Below are positions 48,844-61,529 of a stretch of DNA of 64,000 nucleotides, in pieces. The position numbers and the translations under genes are program-made. Origin of the DNA: Marsupella aquatica (lineage: Eukaryota; Plantae; Marchantiophyta); the NCBI GenBank assembly GCA_973895155.1, contig OZ316899.1, positions 13,209,934 through 13,273,933 on the forward strand, in the 5' to 3' direction. A model generated the notes under the pieces. The model had not been told where the DNA came from, ran no database searches, and was given only the letters and a program-made list of their open reading frames with translations. Every line of letters starts with the position of its first letter. Position 1 is the first letter of the stretch.

Positions 48844-51800
48844 TGTGATGCCTAGCCAGGAATCACTCGGCTAGTTTAAGTGGAATTGGGAAGTGTACCC
48901 TAGAAACACCTTAGTATAGTTACAGAAATAAGAAAATATAAACAATTAAGGGTGACTATGGAACCCGAGCCGAGGCTGGAAGTAAGGACGCCAGGGGAGA
49001 GAACACGATTAGGGTTAGGGCACGATAAATGCCGGCGGCTAGGGGTCACCAACGGGAGAGAAATGCCAAGGAGGAGAGGGGTAAGGACCGCTCGTGAAGA
49101 GTTGTGGCTCATTTGCAGGCACAAACTGGGCAGACGACTACGGGCGGCCAACTACTATCAGTTGCTTAAGCAAGCACTCAGGGGGGGAGCAGATACCGAC
49201 TATCAACTTGATAAGGGTATGAGCAACGTCAATCAAGCGGCACATTTTTGGGGATGCCTGTTCGAACGGGCAACTGAGTACATTGGGACTTACGAGGACG
49301 AAGAATCGAAGAGAGCAGCTCGAGAACGGCAGGAGCTCGCTCGATTGTGGGAGCTGCAGAAAGCTGCCTTCTTAGGAGGAGAACTCATCAAGGCCGAATT
49401 CTTGTGGACTCCTACTACCAATCAACTCGACGACCTTCTGTTTTGCGAAGACAGAGTCGTCGGCATCCGCGAAGCCATCAAGCGCTGCAACGGCCTACAC
49501 TGGGAGTTGAAGGGTAGCACGGAGGGGTGGACAAAGGCAACCGTGCTTGGAGAGACATCCACGGCAGCCGAGATGAAGAGGAAGGGAATTAACAACGACG
49601 AGGCCACCCCGGCAAAAAGAACGAGGTCGGCGGCACCAAAGAAACCAGCCGAACAGCAGAGCAGGAGGCAGAGAGAAGCCGAGGAGGAGGAGGTCGACCC
49701 CATCAATGCCATTCCAACGAGAGATGACACCTGGAAAGGCTGGGCGGCGATCCTCCCCGAGGAGGTCCAATTACACTTTGCAAGAGAGGAGGATGCATGC
49801 TTTACAGCTATACAGACTCGGAAATATGAGGGCTTCATGGCCGGATCCGGCTTGGAAGCCTTCGTAAGGTTACCGTGACTGAAGCCGGAGGTGTCGAATT
49901 CAGACTTACTGGAATTCATGGGATCATGGGAGTCCGAGACCAATTCCACAAGGGTGTATGGGAAGGAATTCTATCTCACTCCTCAGGTGATTGCCGAAGT
50001 ATTTGGCTTGCCGATGGGCAATAAGACCAAGGTAGATACCAGGAAGACCTTGCCAGACACGGAGTTCAGGTTGTTTCCAGGGCCTTCAACAAAGAATGGT
50101 TTTTTCCGTAACACTTGCACCAACCCGCATATAGGAGAGATGATCGATTTCTTGCGGGTGACCATGCATTGCAACTGGCCGAGAGCAGAGATCGGCAAGG
50201 CATAGGTCTATCTGGCAGAGAGGCCAGACCCAAGCCGGGACTACAACGGTTACCTCCTCACTCAACTAAAGAAGATCTTGAAGGAGGAACAGCTGGTGAT
50301 CGGCAAGGGAAGCGTATCCCGGCTTGGCTATCACATGCCGCTATTGTGCCGGTATGCCCGAAGTAAGACCTTTGCCCCGGTACTTCCCCTACAAGCAAGG
50401 GCACCAGAAGAGGTTCCGGAACAGAGGCCGGCAACGGAGAAACCTAAACCGCCCGACAGTCCTACAATCGAGCAGGTGTTTAGGCCAAGGACAGAGGACT
50501 TGCCGATGCAACAACCAGGCATGCAGAATCTGTTGAAACTGCTGGAGAAAGAAAAGAGAACGGCTACGGCATCGGCAACAACAACAACAACGGCAACGGC
50601 AACAGCAACAATACAGGACACTGCTCCATAGGTAGGCCTAAACCGGCTTACAAGGGCAAACCCCTTTACTGGAATCAAGGAGAGAAGGAGGCCGGAACAC
50701 GAGCCGGGAGTCCGGATGTATGTAGGAGCCTCTAGTCCCGAAGCTGAAGAGAAGCAGGCCGTAGCTCCCGGCCCCAACAAGGAGAACAAGAGATCAACAC
50801 GGAAGCCGGAGGAGGAACCAAGACCGGCAAGAGGAGAAGCCGTGTTCACAACAAAATCAGGAGAACAGCGGGAGAAGCCGGTAGTCCAAGCCGAGGAGGA
50901 GGCGGTGGAGGACTACAGCAATGATAACTCCGGCTACGGGTCAGATCATCATGTTCCAGGACTAAGGACATGTGGCCGGTTTATCCCCACACTCCCAAGA
51001 GTAGTCCGAGGGGACCCGAGCCAGCAGAGCAGCCCCGAGTCTCCCCCGCCAGATGTCGCTCCCCCAAGCTTTGACGGCATAAAACAGACGGCGCAGGAAT
51101 TTCAGGAGCAAATGAGGGAGGAAGAGGAGGCAGCCCTGGCTAGGGAGAAGGATTTACCAGGAGGAGAATGGCCAGAGAACATCAGACGGCTTGCAGAAAA
51201 ACGAAGCAGCCCTCCGGCCACGATAGAGGAGATCCGCAAGGCGGCTTGGGAACAAAGGCCGCGGTGGATGATGCCGATGACTTCTACTTCCTCCACCTAT
51301 GCTAAAAATAGAGCCATGGAGTATGGGGAGATGTGTGGAGAACTAGCGCTCAGCATCTTTGGGGAGGAGTTGGAGCAGGGACCCTTTTTCCAGAGGGAGA
51401 TGTTGGAGAAGCGCCATTTAGAAGAAGCGGTGGCCTTGGAAAGAAGCAAGAAGGACGAGGTCATCCGTCGGCTTAGGGAAAGGGAAGCCAAAATCAAGGA
51501 CCTAAGGGCGGCCAAGAAAGCCCAAGATGAGCTGCGGATTAAGCGGCATGAGCTAAATATCATGCAGGGCCAGTTGGATACCGCACAGTCTGATAATCGG
51601 ATGATCGAGAATCTACTGATGCGGACCCAAGGAGAGTTGGCCGATGCGATCAAGGAGCGGGAGAAGTGGAAGCGAGAGCTAAGGGATGCAGAGGAGGCCC
51701 ACATAACAGCCAACAACCGGGCCATGGCGGAGACCCAGAGAAGGGAAAGGGCGTTGAAGGGGGAGCTCGAGGTTATCCGTGGAGCCCTTAAGCAGAAGGA

Positions 51801-53579
51801 GGCTGAGTTAGGGAAATCCTATCAAGGGATTATTGCACTGCAGCAGGAACTTGCATCCCTGACGGCCAGCTTCAAGGCCGACCTACGGGAGAAGGACGAC
51901 CAGCTCGACCAGACTTATGCCAAGATGAATAAAATGGAGTCTGAGGTCGTAACGGAGCTCGACAAAGAGCTAAGAGAAACCTAGGAGGAGAGGGCTACCT
52001 TGAAGAAGGAATTGGAGGAAGCCCACAGGGAGTTGGAGGAAGCCCAGAAAGAACTGGAGGAGGCGTGCAAGGACCTGGACGAAGTACAGGAGGAGTTGGA
52101 GGAAAGCACGCGGAAGCTGGAGAACTTACAACGGCGAGCCAACAACTAAACAGAGCGGCTGAAGAAACAAGCCGCAGTAATTAAAGGCTTGGCTCCATCA
52201 GGCCCAACTCCAATTGGGGCAACCAAGTTACCAGGAGTGGTACTGGCCGAAGAACAAGCCGCGCCATTTGCACTAGTACCGGAAGTAAGTGGGAAGGGGA
52301 AGGGGCCAGCTGCCGAACCAGAAAAGAAGAAGAAGCGGAAACCTTCAGGGTCAGGGAGTAATACGGCTCCACAGGCCATGGTGACCAAGGAGGCAGACCC
52401 AGCACCGACCCCAGGCAGGGTCACGGCAGAGGATCCAACTACCCTAGAAGCAGGGGATGACGAAGCTGAGGCTCAGGCCGAAGCCGTGGGTGATGCCGAA
52501 GCCGGTGCCGGTGCCGAGGCCGAAGCCGAAGGTGGACCCAGTCAGGCCGATGGAGAGTTGACTCAGTCAAGGGCAGGTAATCTGTCAGAGAACGAACCTA
52601 CGACAGTGGCTGAGGTGGAAGCGTTGGGGGCGTCCACTGAGGAACAGACACCGCTGCCATGACGGTGGTGGAGGGCCGCTCCTTTCAGGGAGGGCGGACG
52701 TGGAGGGAGGAGGCGTGAGTGGGCAGGGCGGGCTCGGATCTCTAAGTTTAGGATTAGGATCAGGACCAGGAGACGGCCCTGGCACTTAGCTTAGTGGGAT
52801 TGCGGTTCCACTAGTAAGAGCAACACTTGTACTCCTACCTTGCTGTACATAGGTAGATTCAGTTAGGTAGATTCGTTAGATAGATTTGGCTTACGCTGCA
52901 AGGAATTAGGCGGATCCGTGTCCAGGATAAGTACTTGGGCAGCGGGGAGCTCAGGGCCTCTTCTTTAGCAAATTTTTAGTTGCACCAGCCGGGCTGGGAT
53001 CAAGTAGTAAGAGAAGCTCTCGGTTAGTCATATAGTGACCCTTGTGTATATTCATGTTTCCTCATGCCTAAGAGCTGAATAGAGTTGGCCTCACAGCTTA
53101 GTTTGCAGAGCTTGTGTATGAGATGTACTGTTTGTATGGCAAGTGCATGGTATGACTCAGTCAGAAGGAGTCATTTTGCTATTTGTGTGTCGCATTAACT
53201 TGTGTGAAGAGTGCCCACATCAACTAATAGATGAAGGAAAGTAAGCAAGGGAGTGAGAGTTGGATGTGTCGAGCTGAGAGAGGTCTTAGCGGCTTAACCA
53301 AGCCTATTGGGGATCATTCCGGTGGCGGAATCCAAATATACCCAACCAGAAGGAGAGGAAGAGAAGGGAAGGCCCAGATTAGGCCGGCTACATATCTCAT
53401 GACCCGATGAAGGATCTGTCCAGTATATGTGTGTAAAATGTTAATAGTAGTAGTAGAAGGAGGTTAGCAGCGTCCCATGCCACTAAGCCGCGAAAATGGC
53501 CTCGCCAAGCGCAAAACCTGCGGGAATCGGCTTGTGCTGGGGGGTTTCTTGGGTTTAGGGAGCCATGGGACGCACCACA
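48844..53579 (+). mobile_element. Giant solo LTR (4736 bp) carrying one long ORF; TG...CA ends, TSD TCCTT
   Basis: TCCTT (48839-48843) TGTGATGC...GCACCACA TCCTT (53580-53584). Removing it restores the LINE RT sequence ETLFL-KLDFEKAFDRV. No gag/pol inside; the ORF is homologous to the ORF in the 7745-11765 LTR. Confidence 0.85.
48958..52662 (+). pseudogene. LTR-encoded accessory protein, ~1200-1234 codons in a single frame with five in-frame stops
   Basis: ORFs at 48952, 49891, 50278, 50716 and 52189 share one frame. GLEAFVRLP*...LLEF...TRVYG...LT...VFGLPMG...KNGF...C..P domain; long E/K/R coiled coil (~51400-52170); KKKKRK motif; acidic tail. The start could be ATG 48958 or 49063. Confidence 0.85.
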
Positions 53580-53584
53580 TCCTT

Positions 53585-55688
53585 AAACTGGATTTTGAGA
53601 AGGCTTTTGATCGTGTTTCACATGACTACTTATGGGAATGCATGCACCTCCTGGGTATCAGCGGACGATTCACTATGCTGGTCAGGGCATTGCTGGCACA
53701 GGCGTCTTCTAGAGCCTTGGTGAACGGATTACTATCTAACACATTTGAGCTTAAACGAGGGGTAAGACAGGACTGCCCACTATCACCATTATTGTTTGTC
53801 ATCTCCATGCAACCTCTTATGGACTTTCTTGAAACTGAGATGGCGGAGGGCAGACTTAGTGGCTTGCAGATCACCCCTAGATTCACTATCTGCTATAGAC
53901 TGTTTGCGGATGATGTTGGAATGTTTGTCCCGGCCACAAAGTGCGCCTTTGAGGAAGCAACCACTGCTCTCGAATGCTATGAGAAAGCAAGTGGGGCCCG
54001 ACTGAATCTGAAGAAATCCGTGGTGATTCCATTGTCAATGGAACCGATCCCTGAGTGGCTGAATAACACGGGCTGCCTTATCAGTCAACACGGTGAGATG
54101 CAGAAATACGTGGGGGCACCATTGGGTGAGAGCTTGAGCACGAAACAACTGCACAAATTCTGCCTTGATAAGATTTGTGCCAGGCTTTCAGTTTGGTCCA
54201 ACAAACTCCTTTCCTTTACTGGCCGTTCACTACTGGTCAAACAGGTACTATTTGCTATTCCGATCTACCATGTCATGTATTGCAAGGCGTCCGTTGGCCT
54301 GGCGAAGAAGATAATTGCTTTGAGCAGAGAATTTTTATGGGGATATAATGCCACAGGAGGACAGAAGGTCCCCCTGGTGGCCTGGGATCGGATGGCTTTG
54401 CCACGCGTGGAGGGGGGGCTGGGATTCCGGGACTTCCGCTGTCACTCTGATGCATTGCTCTCTCAATGGTTTACTAAGGCACTTAACGCGCCTGAGACGG
54501 AATGGTCTAGGATGTTGGCAACCAACCTGACCTTGATGGGTTGGATGAACTACAAGATTATTAGGCGCAATGGATACTCCTTCCAGGACCGGGTTCTGTT
54601 GTGCACGCCTTGTTCATTTAGTGGGCTGCCATACACGACTGGTCTCTGGAGAAGTTGGGAGCTAGTGAGAGCCCACTTATCCTTTGATCCTAGCCTGACG
54701 GGGCTGCCTTCCCGGTGGAGCATCATGGATACCCTCAGATGTATGGTAGGCTTTAATTCTCTTCCGAATAAGGCAATGACAGAGATTGCTGCAATTTGTG
54801 GCAGGCTGGGATTGAGGTCTATTGGTGATGGATGGTCGACGGAGGATGGATGTTGGAAGGACCTCCCGTTACATTGGCACAACATGCGTGGCTTTTCTGA
54901 TGAGCATTGAACAATGGCACGCTCGTTCTTGGATTGCCTTTGGCGTGCTAATAACTGCCGATCTGAGTACTACTTGTATGCCAAGCAATGGAGATGGACA
55001 GATTGATTGGAGCCGCTGAAGGACTTCAGAATCAAGAATTGTAGAGTGTATGACTTCTTAAGGCCTAAGAATTCTTCCCATGACCGCCTCAATAGGATCT
55101 GGTCGCTGTCTTGGCCTGAGATGTGCTGGAATGTGTGCTGGGCCAAGCTTTGGGGGTCTGACTTCCAATTAGAGGCAAGACCTTTTTTTGGAGGATCATT
55201 GTAGGGGGCCTATTCACAGGGGCTCGTGCGCTCAGAATGGAGGTTAGTAATGGAGATTGCAAGCTTTGTAATGGCTGGCTTGAAACGATCTCCCACCTGT
55301 TTTTCCACTGTACACATGCTGTCCGCTGCTGGTGCCTCTGTCAGACTTTGTTGCGGAGTCTGGGTTTGCCAATTGGACAAGGATTGATGGCTCTTATAGA
55401 GGCGGCCTGCGGGAAGGAGCATGTTCAAGTGGCTCGGATCTTTGTCTTGCATCAAATTCCGTGGCGACTCTGGTTGGGAAGGAACACCCACATGTTTCAG
55501 TTGGGGGGAGACGTGTGTTTGACTTAGGGCTTGTTCTGAACAAGGCAGCGGAGAACGCGTTTGCTGTTAGCAGGCGCTGCCCCCCGGGCAGGAAGTGCAC
55601 CCACCTGATTCGGGCCAAGGCATGGATTGATGACCTGCGTAGGGAATGGTTGGGCAGTGGCAGCACTGCTGTCAACTCTTTTGCTTGA
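53585..55688 (+). pseudogene. LINE ORF2 3' part (RT core and CCHC zinc finger)
   Basis: KLDFEKAFDRV, GVRQDCPLSPLLF, LFADD, KYVGAP, GGLG, CKLCNGWLETISHLFFHC. Confidence 0.92.
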
Positions 55689-58600
55689 TCATGGTGACCG
55701 CGGCTCCAGGCTGATCTGAATGAACAATGCCCTCTTATGATGCGCTTAGGCTTGTGTTGGTGATAAATGTTCCCTCTCCCACTGTTTTGTGGGTGGAGGG
55801 TTGCGTGTTATGCGCTGGTTGTGTGTGTCTGTGCACTGTGTTTTTGGCTTTGTTTTAGGTTGCTTGGTCTGGCCTTTTGGACTGTCTGTTTGCCCTCCCC
55901 GTGGGGATTTTTGCGGGGGAACCAAAAATTATTAAAAAATGGCCCATTCCAAGGAAGGGTGGGCCAGTTAGGTCTCAAGGGTGTGGGGGTCAGTAAAGGG
56001 GGTTGTCCAGTAGGAGAACACTTGATTGAAATAGTGATGCAAGGGTGCGGTGAAGGAATAGGGACCATGGACCCTAACTTGTTTGCTGCCTTGGGAGGAT
56101 CTGGAGAGCTAGAGGTGACATGCTTCATTGAACCTGAGCTTGCAAGCAGCGCTTTAAAACGGCCCCTAGCATTGCAAAGACAGTTTGCCCATAGTGGAGT
56201 TGTCAAGACGTTTAGGGGGGTTTATATGTCAAGGCTAGGGGGTGGCCAGGTTTTCACTAAAGGGGGTTTAGGGGGGGTTAAGATGTCAAGGGTGGGGGGT
56301 TGGATTGTAAGGGGATGGGGGGTTTAGGGAGCATTGGATGGAGTACATCCCCACCATTCAAAAATTTCCCGTTCCCGCGTCCCATTCCCCCTTCCCGTTT
56401 ATGTATGGCATGTCGTCCCTTCCTTTGGTCCCGATCCTTTGGTTTCCCGATCCTTTGGTTGCCTGGTGCTAGGGTTTTTGTTTTCTGCCTCAATGCGTCC
56501 TTGAGCTTTTGTTCCACTTTGAGGTCGTTCTAGTAGTGCTGTCAGTCTTGTCGCTGCCTGCCCCGTTGCTGTGTTGCTGTGTGTTGGTTGAAGCTGCTTC
56601 AGTAGAGGTGGCCGCTCCTGCTGCGGAAGGCATTCAACTTGAGGGAGCTCATTCCTGATATTGCGGAAGGTGATTGCTACTCTTTGCGGAAGGTGATGAA
56701 AGCGGACTTGAAGGGAGGTGATTGCTTTATTCTGTAAGGTGGACTGCAGAGCTCACAGAGGCAGTGAAAGTTTAGTCATGGCAGTTGGGAAGGGGGCACG
56801 AGGAAGTTGGGAAGGGAGCCAGGAAGGGAGCCAAGTTTAGGCCTGCATGATTGGGGCCTGCAAATGCGATAGTTGCAACATTGCGATTGACATTGCAGGA
56901 TTGGGGTCTGTATGAACAATCTCCACGGTCTGCCAATTCATACTCCATTTTGTGCCATTGCCCTTGCTTCATTGCTGATTTCTCCTTGTCCTCAAAGTAC
57001 TTATGTTCACTGAGCTGCTGTTGGGAGGAGTTGCGACACTTGCGGTTTAGGGTGAGCTATGAACTTGTTTACTCTTTGAAGTTTTGGTGGTTGTGGTGCC
57101 CTTTTTTTAGGAGCTTTGAAACAGGTATGTGACCTCCCTCATTTCCAATTTCAAGGTTGCAATGTGGCTGCTTAGTTTATACCAAATTCTTTTTCTTAAA
57201 TCCCATGAGTGTGTTCATAGTTGGAGGTGATCGGAGGTTGTTTTCAAGCTATGAACAATCTGCACACAACTGCTGCTTGTCCATACTTCCCTTTGGCTGC
57301 ATCACTGCCCGCATTGCTCAGCTCTGATGACTCAGTTCCCTGATATGTTTGTTCCTCCGGTCTCTCTTTTTGAAGTTTCTCTTTGCATTGTTGCTTCATT
57401 TGGCCACACAGCTACGCAATTTCTATTTGTTGTTTCTGTACTCTATTTCTGTATTTGTGCTGCATTGAATGATCTGCTATCATTTGCAGCAGATTGAGTC
57501 AAAGGGCAAAGAAGAGCCGCTCTTTGATCTGGCTGATGAAGCTATGGCGCCAATGCGGAATTCAAAGCACTGAAATTGGTGCCTAGGAGGAGGAGGTGAA
57601 GAGGCAGAGGAGCAAAAACGGTGTGGTCTGGCTGGCTTGTTGGATACACTGTTTACCGTAATTAGTATCATAACTTATATAGTCTCCCTGCATAAATAGT
57701 ATCACACACACTAATAAGGGTGTGACTACAAATCTGAAAAAATATATATATTAGTACAAGTAGAGAGTTCAGTCTATTGTCATTCGTTCTAATTTGATTT
57801 TGATTGTATTTATAACCTGGTTTTCATTTCATCATACTTTAATAAAATCTGACTTTCAATTGACATTCATTTTTAATTTTATATGCCATTGCAAATATAT
57901 CTTACTACTAGAAATATTTGTACTTTTCATAAGCTATATACATAATATGTGTTCATCACACACTATTTGAGTGTGACCAAAAGTAATCTCACTTACTCTA
58001 ATTTAGAATAACATGTATTTAGTCTCACTTCTTATATAGTCTCACACAACAAGAAGCCTTAAAAGATGGGTCCAAGGCCTTAATTCTCTTTTTCAAAATT
58101 TTATGATTTTCCAAAATGTCATTGAAAAACAACACAAATAATCATCATATATTTAAAATTTCCTCACCTGGGATTTCACACCACAATTAATACAATGCTT
58201 CAGACACAAGTTTTTCCATAATTAATATTTCCAAATTTAACTCCTCAATATAAGTCTCAACATTAGAGTTTGGGCTCAAAGATCACCAACAAATTAAATG
58301 TTATGAGAAAATATCCTCTTTATGAACAAAGTCACTAACAACATCAGAGATCACAAGCCTTTGCCCATCACAAATCAACACTCAGTTGCGCTTGACAACC
58401 TATGTTTAATTGCTAATTGCCCATCATCCTCTATCCTTTACGGGATAAATGTTGTCATTTGCCCATCGCAGCGGGTTGCACTCGCCCGTTGCAATGTGCC
58501 TATCATAGCTCACTCCCAAGCTCACTCATCTTCCATCATGTATTGTCATTGCCCAACGTTTCCCTTCGCCTTTTAAAAACCTAAGCTTAGTGTGTTCATG

Positions 58601-60789
58601 AACCTGTTTTCACGATTCCTTAACCTTGATCCAAGATTCTTTTTCATGAATTCATGAAGGGAATCTGGCATCAAGTTCAAGAATCTTGAAGAGAGAGAAA
58701 AAAGTGCATACAAACATAAAGAAAATGATTAAAAGAAAGTCTACTCAAGACAAAGAAAATGACAAAAAATGAACAAAAAGTGATTCAATTAAGACAAAAG
58801 GAGTTATGGATGAAAAATTTGACAAGGAACACAAACTCAAATGAAGACAAAGAGAGTAATGAATGATTATTTTGGAATAAAGTACAAGAAACATCAACTC
58901 CGATAAGAACAAAGAGTATTATAAATGCTAGGAAAACTTTGGTATTTTACTATGCAAGGTTTGAATTAAAAATTATTGAAGTTTCTTTCTAAGTGAATGC
59001 AAATAAGTATTCCAATAGACTAAAACTTATGTGAACATTAGAGATTTGGGAATGGGATATTTGGAGCAACTATTGCTCCTTAGAGTTTGTTGAGATTCAA
59101 AAACATTAAAATGATTAACTCATGAATTCATGAATCATTTATAAAGAAGTGTCACACTTTAAAAATAATAATTTTTTAATTGATTAGTATGACATAGATT
59201 AATTACAAACAGTTCATTACAAGACTCATTTGAAATTTGTAGGGTATATTTGAAGTGTTTTAGATATTTCTGATTCCAGTCAATTTTAAGATGGTATTTT
59301 AAGGATAAATTAGACAAATGATCTCTTGAACATGTGCAAGTGTAAATTGTAAAGATTGAAATAGATCATCCAGAGATTAAAAATTAATTTATTATGGTCC
59401 ATTTCATGTTTTTAATGGTTCATATTGATAACATATTTCGAGCATCTTTTCCATCCACGAAGATTTTGCAAAGAAAGGGATAGTTTTTAGGCTCATTTTG
59501 GGGCATTTTTTAGCTTTGTGTACTTTTTGAGCAAAAGTTCTTTTAGTTTGTGCTTATTACCCATCCTTTTTGGCTCCTTGTTACACAGTCACATTAATTA
59601 TGGTGACAGCTTTCATAAACCTTTGTTCCCAAATGTTGTGTGTGAGATTAATTACTGTAATCAGTGTAGTTGGGAAGTTTCCTAAAGTAAATTGTGAATG
59701 AATGATTCAGGTGGGTCTAAAGCATGGGGTGGGTCCTTTGTCTTAGCACACTCAAGAGTCCAATCTAGGCCACGAGTGATCTTCTTTCATAAAACATTTA
59801 TAATGCATGTTTGGGAGAGAGGGGAATGTGAACAGATGGGTTACAGAGATGTGTATTTGCACAGAGGAGGATGATAGTGGAGTAGAGCAGAGTGGAGACA
59901 ATTAGAGTGTAGTGCAAGGGCAAGTATTTTGATTTTAGAAGCTTTGGATTTTGTTTCAAATTGATTTAAGTTGGGAGATCAGGCCGGTCAAGAATTGGGT
60001 CTAAATGACTGTTAAGTCCTATTGTGTTGACGAGAGAGAGGTACATTTTAAAATTCTGAGAGTGAGGGGTTTTGGTTAAAAAGTACACTAGCTTTTGATT
60101 TATAAGTATACGGAAGAGCGACAAATTTGGGAGCCCTAAGGCAACTTCTACCGCAACAATATCTCTATCTATCTATCTCAGTCCCACATCTAGACAAGGG
60201 AGGGTCACCTTGAAATGAATGCACAACTTGCATAGGCAGGGGGAAAACGGCTTTCATTGGAGGGTCTAGGATCTCTCAAGGAAAGAAACTGTTCTAAACC
60301 AGACCAGCCATTTTACCGGATAAGTCAGAGGGCCATGAATCCCTGCACCTTGATGGACAAACACTAATGGGACCAAAGACTCTTGAATTCAATTGAGCTT
60401 GATTACCTCTTGAATTCAAATGAACTCGATTACCATGGAGAGTGCACCAAAAGGGCAGGAGATGGACAAGTCAAGACACCTATTTTGAGAGATATTTGGG
60501 GGATTGTATATGTCCTACCTCATGATCTTTTTCATTATTGTTTCATATGATTAGTTCCATATTTCTCAAGCAGTCTCCGTTGTGGCGGCTGACCAGGTCG
60601 GAATCTCCACAAGGGATGTGAGAGTATTATTGTTGAAATCCAATGATCCTTACTGGACTTTGTGATGAGGACATAGTGGTCTAGAAAAGTACCTCAGAGG
60701 GGCGTCTGATGATGTTCCTAGCGAGGATAGAGATTATAGACACGGTCAGTGCAGTTTTTGGTGAAACAAGAATGAACTCAATGTGAATG

Positions 60790-61361
60790 AGTCGCGGAAC
60801 TCGACTACCTTAACACTTAGCTCCGGCGTCGCTGACTCCGACGCCGAGCTCCCTTATGGTCCAAGCCCGGATAGGCCATCCAGGGAGGACTTAGCATGGG
60901 GACACTTGTGGGCAACGAGATGTGGCGCTAGCAAAGGCAAGGAGCCAAGCTGGTGACACACACGAAGGACTTGGCTAGCTGAGAGCTGGTCGGGTCAAGG
61001 GGAATGGGCCCGGCTCAAGGACGACCGTCCGGACCTCCGGATTGACTTTGAGTTCTGAGGGCTTGAGTATGAGCTCCTCTTGGGCCCAAGGCCAATGGAG
61101 TTGACGCCATGGGCAACGGACGCTTGGGGCGCAAGTTATGGCCCGATCCGGGTTGGGCCGATCGGGGGCCCCGAGCGGCAATGAGACCTGAGGACCTAGG
61201 CATGAGCACTGGGTTGGCCCGATCACAATGGGCTAAGGCACTCCGCTTGCGGATGCCTAACGAGAAAGTTATGGGCATTGCCAGCTGGTGGCGCGCCCAT
61301 TATGCGCGATAGGATCCGGGTTGGGGGCCAAATGTTTAGGGACCAAAGCTGGTCCGGGGGT
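60790..61361 (+). repeat. Inverted fragment of the chromovirus LTR (first ~570 bp)
   Basis: AGTCGCGGAAC... is the reverse complement of 33787->33216 at about 90% identity by eye; preceded by GAATG. Confidence 0.9.
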
Positions 61362-61529
61362 CCCGGTTTGAGCTACTGGACACCTTGTCGTGTTTTTGGA
61401 CACGACAAGTTGTCATTTGTCCGACCAAAAACAAAGAATTTGTCGGATATTCTCAAATATTCCTTGGCCGGGTCCCAACATTTCTCGAACACTCCTGAAT
61501 TCTCCCGAACCCTCCCGGCCGAGGAAAAA

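Larger units (their letters stand above)
46512..55939 (+). mobile_element. L1-clade LINE (5'-truncated), interrupted by a solo LTR
   Basis: Possible ORF1 tail to 46860; ORF2 endonuclease-RT-CCHC; A-rich end near 55924-55939; no TSD found. Confidence 0.85.

Noticed and set aside
53477-53584. N-terminus MPLSRENG... of the 477-aa ORF as real LINE protein
   Set aside because: Read-through from the end of the solo LTR; the true RT resumes after the TCCTT TSD.
55760-57700. ORFs and a possible degenerate gene after the LINE
   Set aside because: Homopolymer-rich, possibly low-quality sequence with no identifiable motifs.
57903-57914. TACTACTAGAAA as the left TIR of the CACTA element
   Set aside because: Only a partial match to CACTAGTAGAAA, and the 3-bp flanks differ (TCT versus TTT); not enough to define the element.
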